Origin: Antedon mediterranea
Taxonomy: Eukaryota; Animalia; Echinodermata
NCBI RefSeq assembly: GCF_964355755.1
Contig: NC_092676.1
Span: 20,850,871 to 20,914,870 of the forward strand
DNA: 64,000 nt
Reading direction: 5' to 3'
Shown here: piece by piece, positions 13,630-27,296 of the stretch
Layout of the letters: the number at the start of each line of letters is the position of its first letter
Numbering within the stretch: position 1 is the first letter of the stretch
Translations under genes and position numbers: made by a program
Notes under the pieces: model-generated
The model's input: the letters and a program-made list of their open reading frames with translations, nothing else
What the model was told of the DNA's origin: nothing
The model's database searches: none

Positions 13630-14214
13630 TAGTAAAATACAGTTAGAAACAGGAAACAACATGGAATAATATGGACGTACAGAGTAGAAACAAAATAATG
13701 TTCAAAATAATTAAATGCGTAATAAAGCTTGGTTCTCAGTAGAGACGCAACGCAAGGACGCAGATTCTACGCAGGTTTTGCACAGAGAGCAAATAAATGG
13801 TACATTATACATTCTTCAATCTAATAAACACCAGAAGAAAATTTCGCTCCACACACTGATCTTCGACGAAAAGCCGAAAACTGAAATAGATTACAATATT
13901 TATGTAAAATTATATATGTAACCTATATAAACACATTAGGCATAGAAAGTTATTTCTAAACCGTCTGGTAATATACTGAAATTTAAGTAATTAATTTGAA
14001 ACGATAAGATGAGGAGAATGAAAAAAAGTCGCCCCAACAACCGACATATAAAATGCCCTTCAATTCAGTTATGCTTTTCTGTTTTTTCTACAATCCAGAT
14101 GCAACTTTTAAATAATGAATACAAATGTCTAGTTTTATCTTACCTTATTGTTGTTTAAATTAGAATGTTTCCTTCGATTGTTGCATGTTTGAAGTTTAAT
14201 GAGTGATGCAAACC

Positions 14215-14470
14215 AAAATTGATCGATCTGAGCCCATTGATAGTATCATATTCTTGGAAAGAAGACTTCGATTTGGTTGTTCTCATGGTCCGTTCATACA
14301 CTGACCGACAAAACTCAAGGAATAACAGTAAATGCTTTATTTTATACAGTTTCTTACCATTAATTATGCATGAAATGTTTTCGGATCGATCTGAGCCCAT
14401 TGATAGTATAATATTCCCGAAAGAAAATATCGATTTGGTTCCCTTGATCCGTACATACACTGATCTTCGA
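14215..14470. repeat. Direct repeat (~165 bp x2, partial third copy near 14838)
   Basis: GATCGATCTGAGCCCATTGATAGTAT at 14221 and 14385; variant at 14839. Confidence 0.6.
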
Positions 14471-15259
14471 GAAAACTAAACAAAACCCCCAGTTTTTACT
14501 ATACAGTAATATATATATACTATACATGACATGCAATATTTATTGAGTTATATAATACATGATATTAGTAGATCTTATTCCATTTTGTATCACAGATTTG
14601 ATTCCTATGTTCCGTTAGTTTTTTTTAAACTATGTATTTTCTTCCTTCCTTTCCTGTTCTCCTTGAATTAAAATGAATGATCGATTCAAGACAAAAATAA
14701 ACACTTAAGTGCGCTCAAATTCCAGTAGTCGCTAGACTGTGCCCTGTAATTATATCAGTAGGCCTAGGTCTTTTTAAAATGTTGTTCATATTTTATACAT
14801 ATGTAGGCTATGCAAAGAGTAATACAATGCATGGGATTGATCGATCTGAGCCGATTGTATATAATCAGATTGTTAAAGGCGAGATTAATGCATTTGTTAT
14901 TGTATTATTCGAAAGCTCCCACTGGTGGTACGAGGCCTAAAGTTGCATTCATCTTGAATCATATAGTATACACATAAGTTAATTAGAGTACCAAAAACAT
15001 ATCCACTTAAAACGTGGGTTTTCAGATTATTAAGTATAGCTCGTTCTTGCTAGTTCCTATATATAGAGCAGTTTACTAGTTTTTACTATTACTTTGCCAT
15101 TAGCTTAGCTTAGTTAGCAGTTACTACAGTGGGTTTCTTGTTGTTTCTGGTTACTAGAGGCTTGTTTTGTTTTGCTTGCTATACATACACCATAGCCTAT
15201 TCGTGGCTATATTCTGCTATCTATTGGCTGCTGCATTAAGCACTATAGTTTCGGTTTTA

Positions 15260-15645
15260 GTCACTTTTGCTATTTCGCCGCTTTTTAAGTATTGGATAGT
15301 AGTAGCAGATAGTTTCTGCTATTTGACCCTCAGAATTGGGTATTACTTCATAGTTTCTGCTATTTCTTTCTTTATAAAATTTCTGCTATTTGACCGTATA
15401 GCTATTATGGCTAGGCATATAAGTTACTACTGGCTTAACAATATCACTTTACATTTAAGAGCTGGTTTTTGCCATTTGACCGTTAGAATTGGGTAATTAC
15501 TGCATAGTTTCTGCTATTTTTTCTTTAGGAAATAGCTGCTATTTGATCGTAGCTATTATGGCTATAAGTCATTACTGGCTTTCTAACATTATCACTTTAC
15601 ATTAATTTAAGAGCTAGTTTTTGCTATTTGACCGTTTGAATTGGA
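15260..15645. repeat. Degenerate tandem repeat (~155 bp)
   Basis: Recurrent TTTTGCTATTTGACCGTT-AGAATTGGG / CATAGTTTCTGCTATT / ATCACTTTACATT blocks. Confidence 0.6.
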
Positions 15646-17526
15646 TTGAATGATTGAAAAGCACGCCGCCAGTGCACGGTCGTTCCAGTCTGATAAAGCG
15701 TGGAGGTGTTATGTAATTTCAATTTAAAAAGAATAGTTTACAAAGAAATAATTTGGCTGTGATTCAACGCAGATGGCGTTATAGCATTACTTCGAACAAC
15801 ACAATTTTCACAAATCTTATATAAAGAGGGCGCTATAAAAATGTTATTTTTATCTCTCCATTGAGATCCATCCAACAGCATTCAAAGAAAAATTACTGAA
15901 AATTGACAATCATTGTCTATTTTCAGTAATTTTTCTTTTGATTTTACTTGCAGATAGCATTATCTACTGAATACAGATTACGGTCTATATCTAACGCGTT
16001 GTGTATTCATTTATACTATTTGGTAGAATTAAATATTTAAAAATACAGTATTGTTAAGCGCTGTCTATACTATCAAACTGACAGAAAAGTGTGATGTGCC
16101 CAAATATGAGAGTGATATGATATATATATGATATATATGATATGTTACTGTACAGTATTTACAGTTAGTAGAACATAATAATTATTCTTTTAATATTGTT
16201 ATTTCTCTAACAAAACACTTTGTTTCATGTTATGTATAGTTTTATTTGTATTACAATGGTTTAATTGTTGTGTATATAAGGTTCTATTTTAACTGTTTGT
16301 ATTGTATGGACTGAGTGTACAATCTGTTTGGGCTTTGGCCTTTTCTCACTCCTGATTATTTTTTCGCGCCGCGGCTTTAGCTAGCCAGCTAAACCCCCCG
16401 AGGACATAATCAATAAGAAACTGTATCAATGCGAAAGCTATTTATCTAAAAAACCCCAAAAACGTCTGGGAAAAGAGAGTCTATGAGGGCTCACTGTTGA
16501 ACGATTTTGGATTGTCGCCCTTTGATTGGTTGACGCGAATCAACAGACTGCGGAAGAATTTTCTCACGTGTGCCGTTGTCTCTGAGGACTGCTGCATGCA
16601 TGTCCTGTTGTGCGTCCTGGTGGTATGTCCAACGCACGTCGGGAAAATAATATATTGAAATTCTTTGAATGAGGTTTTAATAAACATGTAATATCATATT
16701 TGATTGAATTTTACAATGTTGATATACAAAATATATTACTAAAAACCGTAATGTTTAAAGTTCATACAATTGCCTACTGAGGGCGCAATTTATTTACTTC
16801 GTTCGTGGCTAAAAACGATTATTGTCGGCGATGTTTTGGACCCTATATTTCGAAAAGTCAGATTTTCATAATTCTTTCTTTATTTTAATATTGATACAAA
16901 CTATTAACAGGCAATGTATGCTATTAACTTCTAATGTTGCATCGTTATCCCTAGCTAGGTGGTAGGCCTATATACTAGTATAGTATGTGTGTGGGCCGGG
17001 TCATTAGGAGTTAATGCTCCTACCCTGGAATATGTACATGTACTGTATACTGTAGTTTAGTTTATGATTATATTTTTGTTCTGTACAGAAGGCCAGACTA
17101 TATTTACACAAAATGTTTACTACTGATTGTTAAACAAAAATAATAAATCATTATATGTGAAGAAAGAACAAAAATGTCAAAAAGTCGAGCGGCGTTTTTT
17201 GTAAGAAATATTTCTTGTTTATTGTATTAAGTAAAAGTTATACTGTAGGGCCTACAGTAATTATACTAACATATAATTTCAAAATTGTTTTACATACAAA
17301 AATAATAATAGTAGTAACTTAACCCTTAACCTAACCTTATATGATACAGACACCACATGTGATATAAATGGAATTACCAAATATTCCTATGATACATCGG
17401 AAATAGATAGTGTGTGGAGATACAACAGCACTGAAAATCGGGTACATGTGTACAAAAATCGTGCCCGCGTTATGTTATGTCTTTTCGGGTTATTGACGTT
17501 TTGTACATTTTTCTTGATATCTTTAT

Positions 17527-20500
17527 CTATGAACTCTTCAATCTGCACTTATCTGAAACTAGACGGATTGCTCGACTTTTATTTAATGATTTAAACAGTT
17601 TGTATTCAGCTGGCATGTGGTGGTTAGTGGTATAATTCAGTGTTCGGTTGTCATAGTAATGATGCTTCAACGGTTGACCATTCGGTAGTTCATAAAATGG
17701 GTAAAAACCATATAAGGAAACACGCCTGCACATTGTAGCCGCTGCAGTGTACATGATTAGCCCCAGCGAAGGGTTATTAATTTTCCATGATCTACAAGAA
17801 AAAACATATTATGTGTGTCAGTGCTCCTTAATAATAATCAGGAGATATTATACAAATAATGAATGTTTATGAGTGTAATGGTACAAATAATGGCATGAGG
17901 TGAATGATGAAAGGTTATATTTCAACGAGGCGAAGTCGAGTTGATATATAACCTTTCATCATTCACCAAATGCCATTATTTGTACCATTACACGAATATA
18001 AAACATTCATTATTTGTTTTATATCAAATATAATATGAATTTAAATGTAGGAAGCAGGACGTGCAGATAGTGAGCACATAATGAGCAAAAATGGCCAGGA
18101 TAAAGGAATAAATGGAGAAATCTCTAACATTCTATAGATAGTTTAAACAACATGGTGATATGTAGCACACTTTTTTTCACACAAAACCCCTACTATACTT
18201 ACCGACCGACCAACGAAATTAAATAAAGAGGAACATACGTAGGCAGTGACCACTATCTTGTGCGAACTAGGGTAAAAGTTGAATACAAATAGCCAAAAAT
18301 ACGATACTTAAAAGCTGGAAACCAATCAGAGCAATATTCACCAATGAGCTAAACAAGAAGTTTGCAGTAATTGAAGGGATCCAATATTTTAGAAATGCAT
18401 CGAAGGAAGAAGTGAAGAAGAAATAAAGTTGCAGAAAGAAATAGACAGGAGATGAGAAAATGTGTATAACAAAACAGCAAAAGAGGAGTGTACAGAAAGA
18501 GCGGACACATTCAATGGTTAAAATATCAGTCTTGGATTTATAAGTTTAAGTAATAAAGTATAGCATCAGAAAATATGATTAAGGAAAACGGGTAATAATG
18601 ACATACAAAGTAGATATAATGGACAAGAACGCTATATCCTCACGAAGATGATACGAAACGACAGAAATAGAAAAGCAATAAAGAAGAAAAAGCATGTCAC
18701 TTACCTTTTAACTAGTGGCAGCATACCTCGGTACGAATATACGATTCTAACTGTTAAATTATTCTGTTCGATACCTTCTACAAGATTATGTGCGTAGCTT
18801 ATATTCGTGGCGGTGTTCAATTTAGAAATCCATATATATGTATCATGTAGCTCTTTAAACGTTTCGTATGAAGTTCTGTAGCAACTATTTGAAGTGTTTG
18901 TTAGACATAAACCGCTTTTGATACTGGCGGCCCCATTGAGCACCATCATATCTATTTTACTACCAACGTCTTGTTCAAAACCAATAGTTTGTGCAAGATT
19001 TCCTCTAAAAACAAAGTCGTGTGCATCTATTTCACGTCCACAACTGCTGTTTAGTAGAATACCAGCACTGCCTACAACTGCACAGGTTCCTTGCATAGGA
19101 ATACTGTCGATGCCATCTGGTAATTTGGTCATACTTTCATTTTGGTTGAAGCCATCTTTGTAAATTAGTGTTAATAGAGATGGTTTGAATCCAGCCTTCT
19201 GAAGCCGTTTTCTTTAATAGAAGTACAACAATAGAAATACAACAGTTTGCATTATATACAACAAATGTTCGTCACCAAATCTGATTTTAATTGATGTAGA
19301 AGTCTATCTGCTTACAATGAAAAAGTAAAGTTATGCATGGCACTTATCTAAGCAGACCAGCATACATAATTGGTGATGGCAGACATTGGATTATCGAAAG
19401 GAGGCTGTAATATAAGCGGGGTAAGGTGGGTATGAAAAATGGAAATACCTATATAATGCCACTATGTGTGAACAGTGAAATGATTATCGTATCCAGTAAA
19501 AACGAAAGCAAAAACTTACCTCATACGCAATGCTTTCCTTTCTTTAATGTGATTATTCAATACTTTACTAAAAAAAAGAATATCATATGATAAATTAATT
19601 ATAATGAATAAACGTAAACAAAATTCTCTTTTGATAAAAATTAATAGTTAACATAACATGATCGGAGAGTTTTCGTTTTGGCAGCTCCCTACTAATTAAT
19701 TTTCATCGGACAGTTGCTATTATGAACTCTTTTAAAAACTTCACTGAAGACTTCTTTCGAATAAGTGTCTTCATTTACGGTATCTATAGGCATATCTTTG
19801 CCATTTCCTGTTTTACTGTCGGCCTACAACGAATTTATAGATTTAGAAACGTACCTTATTGTTGTGGGGTGGGTATGAAAAATGGAAATATCTATATAGT
19901 CATACATACAAGTTCTGTTTAATAGGATAGGTAGGAAGGTATAATTCCATTATTATTATGGAACAGTGAAATGATTACCGTATACAGTAAAAACGAATGC
20001 AAAAACTTACCTCATATCTAATGCTTTCCTTTCTTTAGTGTGATTAGTCAATACTTTACTACAAACAAAATAATATGATAAAATTATAAAGAATAAACGT
20101 AGGCCTAAACAAAATACTCCTTTTGATAAGAAATAATGCATAACATAACATGAATGGAGAGTTTTGGCAGCTCCCTACCAATTAATTTTCATCCGGCAGG
20201 TGCTCTTTTCTTTTATTGATAAATGTGGATGATGGGGGCTTAATTTTCGATACTGATTTTGGTCTACATAAGACTACATAATGATCCAAGAGGCCAGGCG
20301 CAGGTTCTGAAATTGGGATATCATAAAAATGCACCCATTCAGGTATAAATTAGATCCAGGATAGCTTGGCCTCGCGTCGGAGTTTTTACAATCTGATGAA
20401 GTGGAAAGCGTTTTAAACTGATATCCTTCATACGGTTAAAATCACCTAACACAATAATATTCATATCAGGGTGTTTTTGACGCATGGAATCCAAGTTTTT

Positions 20501-23500
20501 AGTCGCGTGGAAGCGACTCTATACTTCACTATGTCGGTCGGTCGGTCTGTCGGTCTGTCTGTCGGTCCGGTATCACTATGCGTTTTATCGCTTTCTGACC
20601 TTATCTTGATATCAGTTTAATCTAGCTAAGTCAATTTTTCACAGTATATTCCTTATGGCCAGGAATCGATGTGGTTATGTTTTCACGGTGCGCAATAAAA
20701 AATTACGCGGTCTACGCACGATTTAACGAAATCACGTTTGTAATCATATCTTCACAACCATGAATCACAATTAAATAAAATTTGGTACTCATAAATTTCA
20801 GGGCATAAATCATCATATGGCAATACAATTACGTGCGTAGCGCATGTAACGCATGCGTACGCGCGCTTAACATTTTCAAAATTTATTTTCGATGAAATAA
20901 GAGTACGTTTCAGGCAATTTTAAGCGTTTACAAAATTGCCATGAGTCACAAAGCCACAAAGTTACGCGCGCACGCGCATTTAAAATTTTAAAATGCGCAA
21001 AATTGATTTTTAATCAACTTTCTACGCGTTTCTTGTCATTTTGAGCATGTCAAAAATTTCCATACGCGCGCAAATTTTTACGCGCGTGGTGCGCACGTAG
21101 CGTTAAATACATACTTTTTTCGCGTGATTTATGTTTTTGCAGCCTTTTCTAATAATTTTACCATCTTTTAAACAATTTCGACTTAAAATTACGTCACGAG
21201 CACGTCGAATTGGATAATTTGCGCACGTTTCTGATGAAAAAGTAAAAAAATTCGTCAAAATTATGCCTTTTTAGTCGCGTGGACGCGACTATAGTTCACT
21301 ATGCCGGTCAGTCTGTCTGTCGGTCTGTCTGTCGGTCCGGTATCATTATGCATTGTAGCACGCGACTTAATGGCTGTTGGCCTTGTTCACAATATGTTCA
21401 CACATTTTGAAATCGTTATTTCCTGTGGGATGATAATCAACATCAACCGCGATTGTCGAAATTGATCAGGGCAGGAGTTTGGGTCTTACAGACAGCCAAA
21501 TACTTTCATAGTTGTCGTCTGAAGATTGAACCATATTTTAAAAGGGATAGTTTCACGGACATAAACAAAACACCTTCACATGTCAGATCGATCTGCTCCG
21601 ATTAAGTAATAATCTTGTAATTATATTAAACAATCAGTAATATGTGGTTTAAAGACCCATTCCCTACGTTTTTTAAATCTAATTTAAGATCACAAACTAC
21701 ATTAATGTAAAAACAAATACTATATGGTCGTATTGAGATAACTTTTTTCGTCTTTAAATGGTTAAAAATGTGAAATATAAGGCGATTCGAATAATTTTAG
21801 CGGCCCGCTATAAATCCCAACATGCATTGCGCGCGGATTGATATTTTTGTTTTTATTCTGTAATTCACCCACTTTTTCGATCGATCGATTAAAAGAAAAC
21901 TACGGAGATGATTGTCAGTTGCAAGCGCAATAAATCCCTATTACCTGCTTTAACAATTAGAGACTACGCTGTGGAAATAGTTACTCAAACCAAATTGTTA
22001 GAGGAGTGGTCATCCAAGATAATCTTAGTTGGCAAGGCCACATTAACAGCATTCTGATGAAATGTAATTGTAGACGTTTCTTCTTCGTTGTGGACTTGAT
22101 GAAAGTGCTTTGCGTCATTTCTACTGCTCTATTATTCGGTCTGTTATGGAATATGCTGGCCAATTGTTGTTTACCGTACTAACTCTTGAACAACAAAACA
22201 ATTTAGAAAGAATACAAAAACGAGCAGTTCGGTGTATTATCCCGGACGTACCATATGGCACTGCTTTGATCTCAGGGTTTAATCCCACTTGAGCAGAGAT
22301 TAATTAATCTATGTAAGAAATACTTTGAAAAGATACAGAATAGTGAGCACCGATTAAACCCCTGACCACCCCTATAAATTAAGAAATAAAAAAACAGTTC
22401 ACTCTCCAAAAAATAAGATTAGCGAGGTCAAAAATGTATTATCAATTATGGTGTCTTCCACAAATGGTGAATCCATATAAATGGTTATGAATAGATACAG
22501 TTTTACCCCCTCTTGTAATGTAAATCAGTTAGCATTAATTTTTAATAACTACTAGCACATTTTTTATCGTTTTTACAATTTTATATTTTTATTCTGTATT
22601 TAACTTGAAATTCCTTATTTGTCTCCCAATTGTGTAAATTGCTGTAAATAAATTAAATCTAAACTAGGCCTATTTGCAAATATACAAATATTTTTGATAC
22701 TAGAATTACCAATTTTTATTTAACTATCATTTTAACTCAACCCATTTATTTGAATTCTTTCTTAAATTTGTACCAGTTCTCTTTCTACTTTTAAGGTTTA
22801 GATTTTTATTGCTTTTTTCCCATATGTATTTAGATGTTATGTATCCTTGTCATACAATGTTATACTTGTCTGTTCTTTTTGTTCATTTTATACCATGTAA
22901 AATTCAATATCTGTTTACTTAGATTGCAATAAAGATTATTTGAATTGAATTGTCTTCATTTACGGTATCTATACAATTTTGCTATTTCATGTTTTATTGT
23001 ACAACGAATTTAGAGGTTACGTTGGTCGCTCATATAAACCTTATTGTTGTTATTATTATAACTACATTTTACATCTATACATAGTTATGCCTTTTTGTTC
23101 TGTTTCCAAGAATAATAATAATCTCTCTGGGTCAATGATATTAATTTGTTTGTGTCATTATTATTCAAATGAATTTGTCAATGAATCTGTATCTCGTAAA
23201 AATAACACCACGATCATTGTATTATAGTATACAACTTATGTTTAGCACTTGCTATCATACATAATTTGTGATGGCAGACATTGAATTATCGAAAGAAGGC
23301 TGCAATATAAGCGAGGTAAGGTGGGTATGAAAAATGGAAATACCTATAAGCCATACAGTGAAATGATTACCGTATCCAGTAAAAACGAATGCAAAGACTT
23401 ACCTCATATCTAATGCTTTCCTTTCTTTAGTGTGATTAGTCAATACTTTACTACAAACAAAATCATAGGATAAAATTATAATGAATACTATACATATAGT

Positions 23501-26500
23501 TATGCCATTTGTTCTGTTTCCAAAAATAATAATAATAATCTCTCTCCTCTCTTTCTGTTATAATAACACCTAAATACATTTTTGATTGGACGATTGTGGG
23601 TCACATGGCGTGCAATAGTACTCACTATTGAACGGTCGTTCAATAGTACTTTTTAAGAAAAAAAAATGATTTCGCGGACGAAACAAAAATTTACGAATAC
23701 AGTTGAACGGCCACCTCCCGTAAGCAGCCACCTTCCTTAACGGCCGCACTTTCAAAAGCCCGTTTGTTCTTTCTATCTAATTAGTGCGTTTGGTACCTCC
23801 CGTAAGTGGCCGCGGCCTAGGCCTAGGATTGCTTGGGAGTTCGTTGACATAATTAACACTACAGTGTAGGTGTGATTATATAATCCAAATAAATTTAACA
23901 TTTAATATTATTATAAAAAAAAACAAACATATATAATTGTTTTGCAATGTAAATTATGTTACAAAAGTTCAATGTGAATCAATTGTAGGCCTATCTTTTA
24001 TTGTGATTCAATCAATTTAATTGAATTGAAAGGAATATATTTAGATGTTATATAAAACAAATAATTAATTATTTGTATATTATTGTAAAACGCATTTAGA
24101 GGTTGCTTTGGCCGCTCATATAAACGTTCCTTATAGTCCAGTCCCTAAGGGGAGAAAAAGGGGTGGGATGTTACCAGACTGGATACAAATTTTTCAGTAT
24201 AGCAGTTTGGTAGAGTATAGTGTGGAGATGCCAAAACAAAGTTACTGGAAATCTGATTTGACCTCTGTGACCTCTGACCTCAATTTTTATATTGTTCTAT
24301 TATATAACTAAAAATCGCCATATCTTGACAACGCAGGGACATTTTACATTTATTTTTTTTTCAAAATGCTTGGAAGATATATACTTATATTCGCTATAAT
24401 GAAAATAATTGTACAAAAATGGCCGCAAAGGCTTTATTTTTCAGTTTGATCTTTGACTTTGATTGCCTAATATCTCAATAACACGCAATCTCAGAGATTT
24501 GAAAATGGGCTCAAAATGTTAAGAAAATAAATCTAATATTTAGTCTAATAGAAACTTTTTTCAAAAAATTACCATAAATTAAGCTTTTTTGACCCTTGAC
24601 CTCTAATGTTTGAATATGTCAATATCTCGGTAACTATTTGTCCTATAAAGTTCAGTTTGGTGTCAAATTGTTTAGAATATACACATTTATATTTGCTCTA
24701 ACAAAATATTTTGTCAGAATTCAATTGGAAATGTCATTTTGAGCTATGACCCATCGTTTTGCATATATTTAGCAATTAATAATCTATAAAAAGAGATCGA
24801 GAGAGGGGAGGGGGTTGGGGTGGATGGAGAGACACATATTTTTGTTACATGTTACACAAATGTTAAACTCTACAATGTCTACACTATAACATTTTTATGC
24901 GACAAAAAAATGTGATGTGCCCATATATGGACACGATGAATGACATATCACTACCATATTTGGGCACATCACATCTTTTTTGTTAAACTAGTTTATAGTG
25001 TAGACAAACATGTAAAAAATATGTGTCTCTCCATCAACCCAACCACCTCCCCTCTCTCGCTTTTCCAATGCTACTGCATGCATCTATACACATCAAAATG
25101 ACCGGAATTGTACTGGAAAGTTTTTAGCTACATTTGAAAATAAGTCCCAGAGGATGGGTGTATTGTAATGTTATCAGAATTATGGCAATTGTTTGTAATG
25201 GGAAAGTTTTAAAACTACATTTGAAATATTATTATTATGTTTTTGTGGATTAAAGTATAATTATCATTGCTTCTCTTAATTTCTTCTGGTTTCAAAGATT
25301 TTGTTAGTGTTATGAGCTGGATGTGTTATTGCCTCATCAAGCCAAGATGGTAATTTTGACTGCTCACTGGTTTGTTTTCCTTTTATATTCCACTACAGTA
25401 TGTTCTTGAAAAGAAATCAGCTTTTTAATTAATTTGTCTTTGATCCTTTTCAGATTTCTAATATTTTAAACATATGTTTTTCTTTTCTTCGCTTTTTCCT
25501 CACTGTTTCAAACATTTTATTTTTTCAGCATACTTCAAGCAATTAATTGATAATTAGGTCATATGTTTTATGAGTATCAAATCGCATTGGTTAATTCTTC
25601 TTTTCTTTCTTTAAGATCCTGATTTTTTTTTTTTTTTTATTGTTATTTAACTTTTAAGTTTATCTATTTTTTTGTTGATATTAAGTGTTGCTCTTACGGT
25701 GTAGGCCTACCATGCGATGGAATTATATATTGAAATTAAATTAAACATTAAGTTTTAAGAAAATTGTAAAAGGCTAAATAGGATATTGAATGTAGTTCTG
25801 GTCCATTAAATCTATATTTTAGGTATATTATTATAAGTATGACACACGCACGCTTAACAGTATATCCTGGTCATACCTCAAACTGGCATTTCCAGTAAAA
25901 ATATGATAACATCTTCTATTAGAGCTAATATAAATGTTTACATTTTGAACATTTTGACACCAAATTGAACTTTTTATGACATTTGGTTACAGAGATACAG
26001 ACATATTTAAACATTAAAGGTCAAAGGTCAGTAAATTACATTTCCTGTGGATTTGGAAGAACATGTTTAATTAGAGTATATATAAATATGTATGCTCTTA
26101 ACAATTTGAAACAAATTTCAAGAAATTTTGACCAGTAGTTATTGAGATATAGTAAGCCGAGGTCAAAGGTCAAAACATTGAGAAATTACATTTCCGGTCG
26201 TTTTTTTGAAAAAAGTTCTATTAGAGCGAATATAAATATGTACCCTCTGATCTATTTGACACCAATATCATTTCAATTGTTAAACCCGTTGCAGAGATAT
26301 GGCTGTTTAAGATAGAAATATAAAAATTGAGGTCAGAGGTCACAGAGGTCAAATCAGATTTCCAGAAACTTTGTTTTGGTATTTCCATATCATGTTCTAT
26401 CAACATGCCAAAGGGCACACTTGTATCCACTATGGTAACATCATTTCCCCTTAGGGACTGGACTATTATTTTTATTATTATAACTACAGTTTACATTATA

Positions 26501-27296
26501 CAATATTTTTGTGCCTTTTTGTTTAATTTTATTTGTCAATTTGACGAAAGAAAGAAGTTTTTTTTTGTTCTCTCACTTAAATTAAATAATTAAATATATT
26601 ACTTATCTGGAGGACCAAACTTAAAGCCTTGGCTTAATGCGTCCTCCTCACACAATTGTATTTATTAATTTATGTTTCTGTTAATATTTTATTGTATTGT
26701 GTGAAACAATAAACTTGAAACTTGAATATAATATGGTCGCTCATAAACGTACCTTATTGTTGTTATAAATTTATATAGGCCTAATAGATTATAACTACAT
26801 TATACAATATACTACCTTGATGTTGGTATTTCCAGATTCACGCTGGTGTTTAACAAACCCCTGAAGGTGCCATGTTGTTTCCTAAAAGTTTGAAATACAA
26901 AAATGATATCGTATACAAAATTAGTTTTTTTTTATATTTTTCAATCAATTAAATAATCAATTAAATTCAATTGAAAAAACTGAAATTCAAAGAAACCAGT
27001 CAAAATGTCGGTCAGACAATGGATATTTGTTTTAATTTGATGGTTTATTTTGTCTTTTTTTAAAAAGAAATCATGATATGGTTTATAAGATCTAAGATAA
27101 TGATGATTATTATTAGTATTATAGTAAAAGCAAATATTGAATCACCAATCAATTTCAACATAATAAACGTATAAACAACTTACGGACTGTTGTCACTTGA
27201 AATGACTGTTCGATACTTTACTGTGATTAGAAAAATCTGGACGGTAATCGCTCCCAGTACAAACCAAGTAAATCTTCTTGACTGTATATTTGCCAT
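17527..27296 (-). CDS. Alpha-2,8-sialyltransferase-like protein (GT29, ST8Sia family), copy 2; 332-364 aa depending on micro-exon use
   Basis: Exons 27296-27184, 26881-26816, three 48-nt exon-3 copies (23450-23403, 20058-20011, 19567-19520), 19211-18705 and 17791-17527; all phase 2. Sialylmotifs L, S, III and VS intact. Confidence 0.9.
17852..18017. mobile_element. Palindromic insertion (~165 bp hairpin) in intron 4 of copy 2
   Basis: Arms ACAAATAATGAATG..GGTGAATGATGAAAGGTTATAT and their reverse complement surround GAGGCGAAGTCGAG. Absent from the homologous intron of copy 3. Same family as 49590-49715. Confidence 0.75.
20215..21535 (-). mobile_element. LINE AP-endonuclease remnant interrupted by a Helentron-like element
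   Basis: Minus-strand translation [19 protein letters not shown]|[44 protein letters not shown]. Confidence 0.8.
20497..21387 (+). mobile_element. Non-autonomous Helentron/DINE-1-like element (two heads)
   Basis: TTTTAGTCGCGTGGAAGCGACT head, (GTCG/GTCT)n, second head at ~21268 and end GCACGCGACT..GGCCTTGTT. Reverse-complement homolog of 494-1148. Confidence 0.8.
21960..22660 (+). mobile_element. LINE (CR1/L2-like) 3' remnant
   Basis: [42 protein letters not shown]. Confidence 0.75.
23560..24075. repeat. Dispersed repeat shared with 48975-49715
   Basis: TAACACCTAAAT..TGATTGGACGATTGTGGGTCACATG ... TTAGATGTTATATAAAACAAATAAT occurs at both loci. Confidence 0.7.
24134..26464. mobile_element. 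~2.3 kb non-autonomous TIR DNA transposon in intron 2 of copy 2
   Basis: AGTCCAGTCCCTAAGGGGA ... TCCCCTTAGGGACTGGACT, with long internal inverted segments (24225-24290 vs 26325-26390). The flanks rejoin to match the duplicated intron at 23023-23075. A nested inverted repeat/MITE lies at 24800-25060. Confidence 0.85.

Noticed and set aside
19211-19215. AAG acceptor of exon 4 in copies 2 and 3 as a disabling lesion
   Set aside because: The AG is intact, and SYCP3 uses AAG acceptors at 50605 and 54241, so this appears tolerated.
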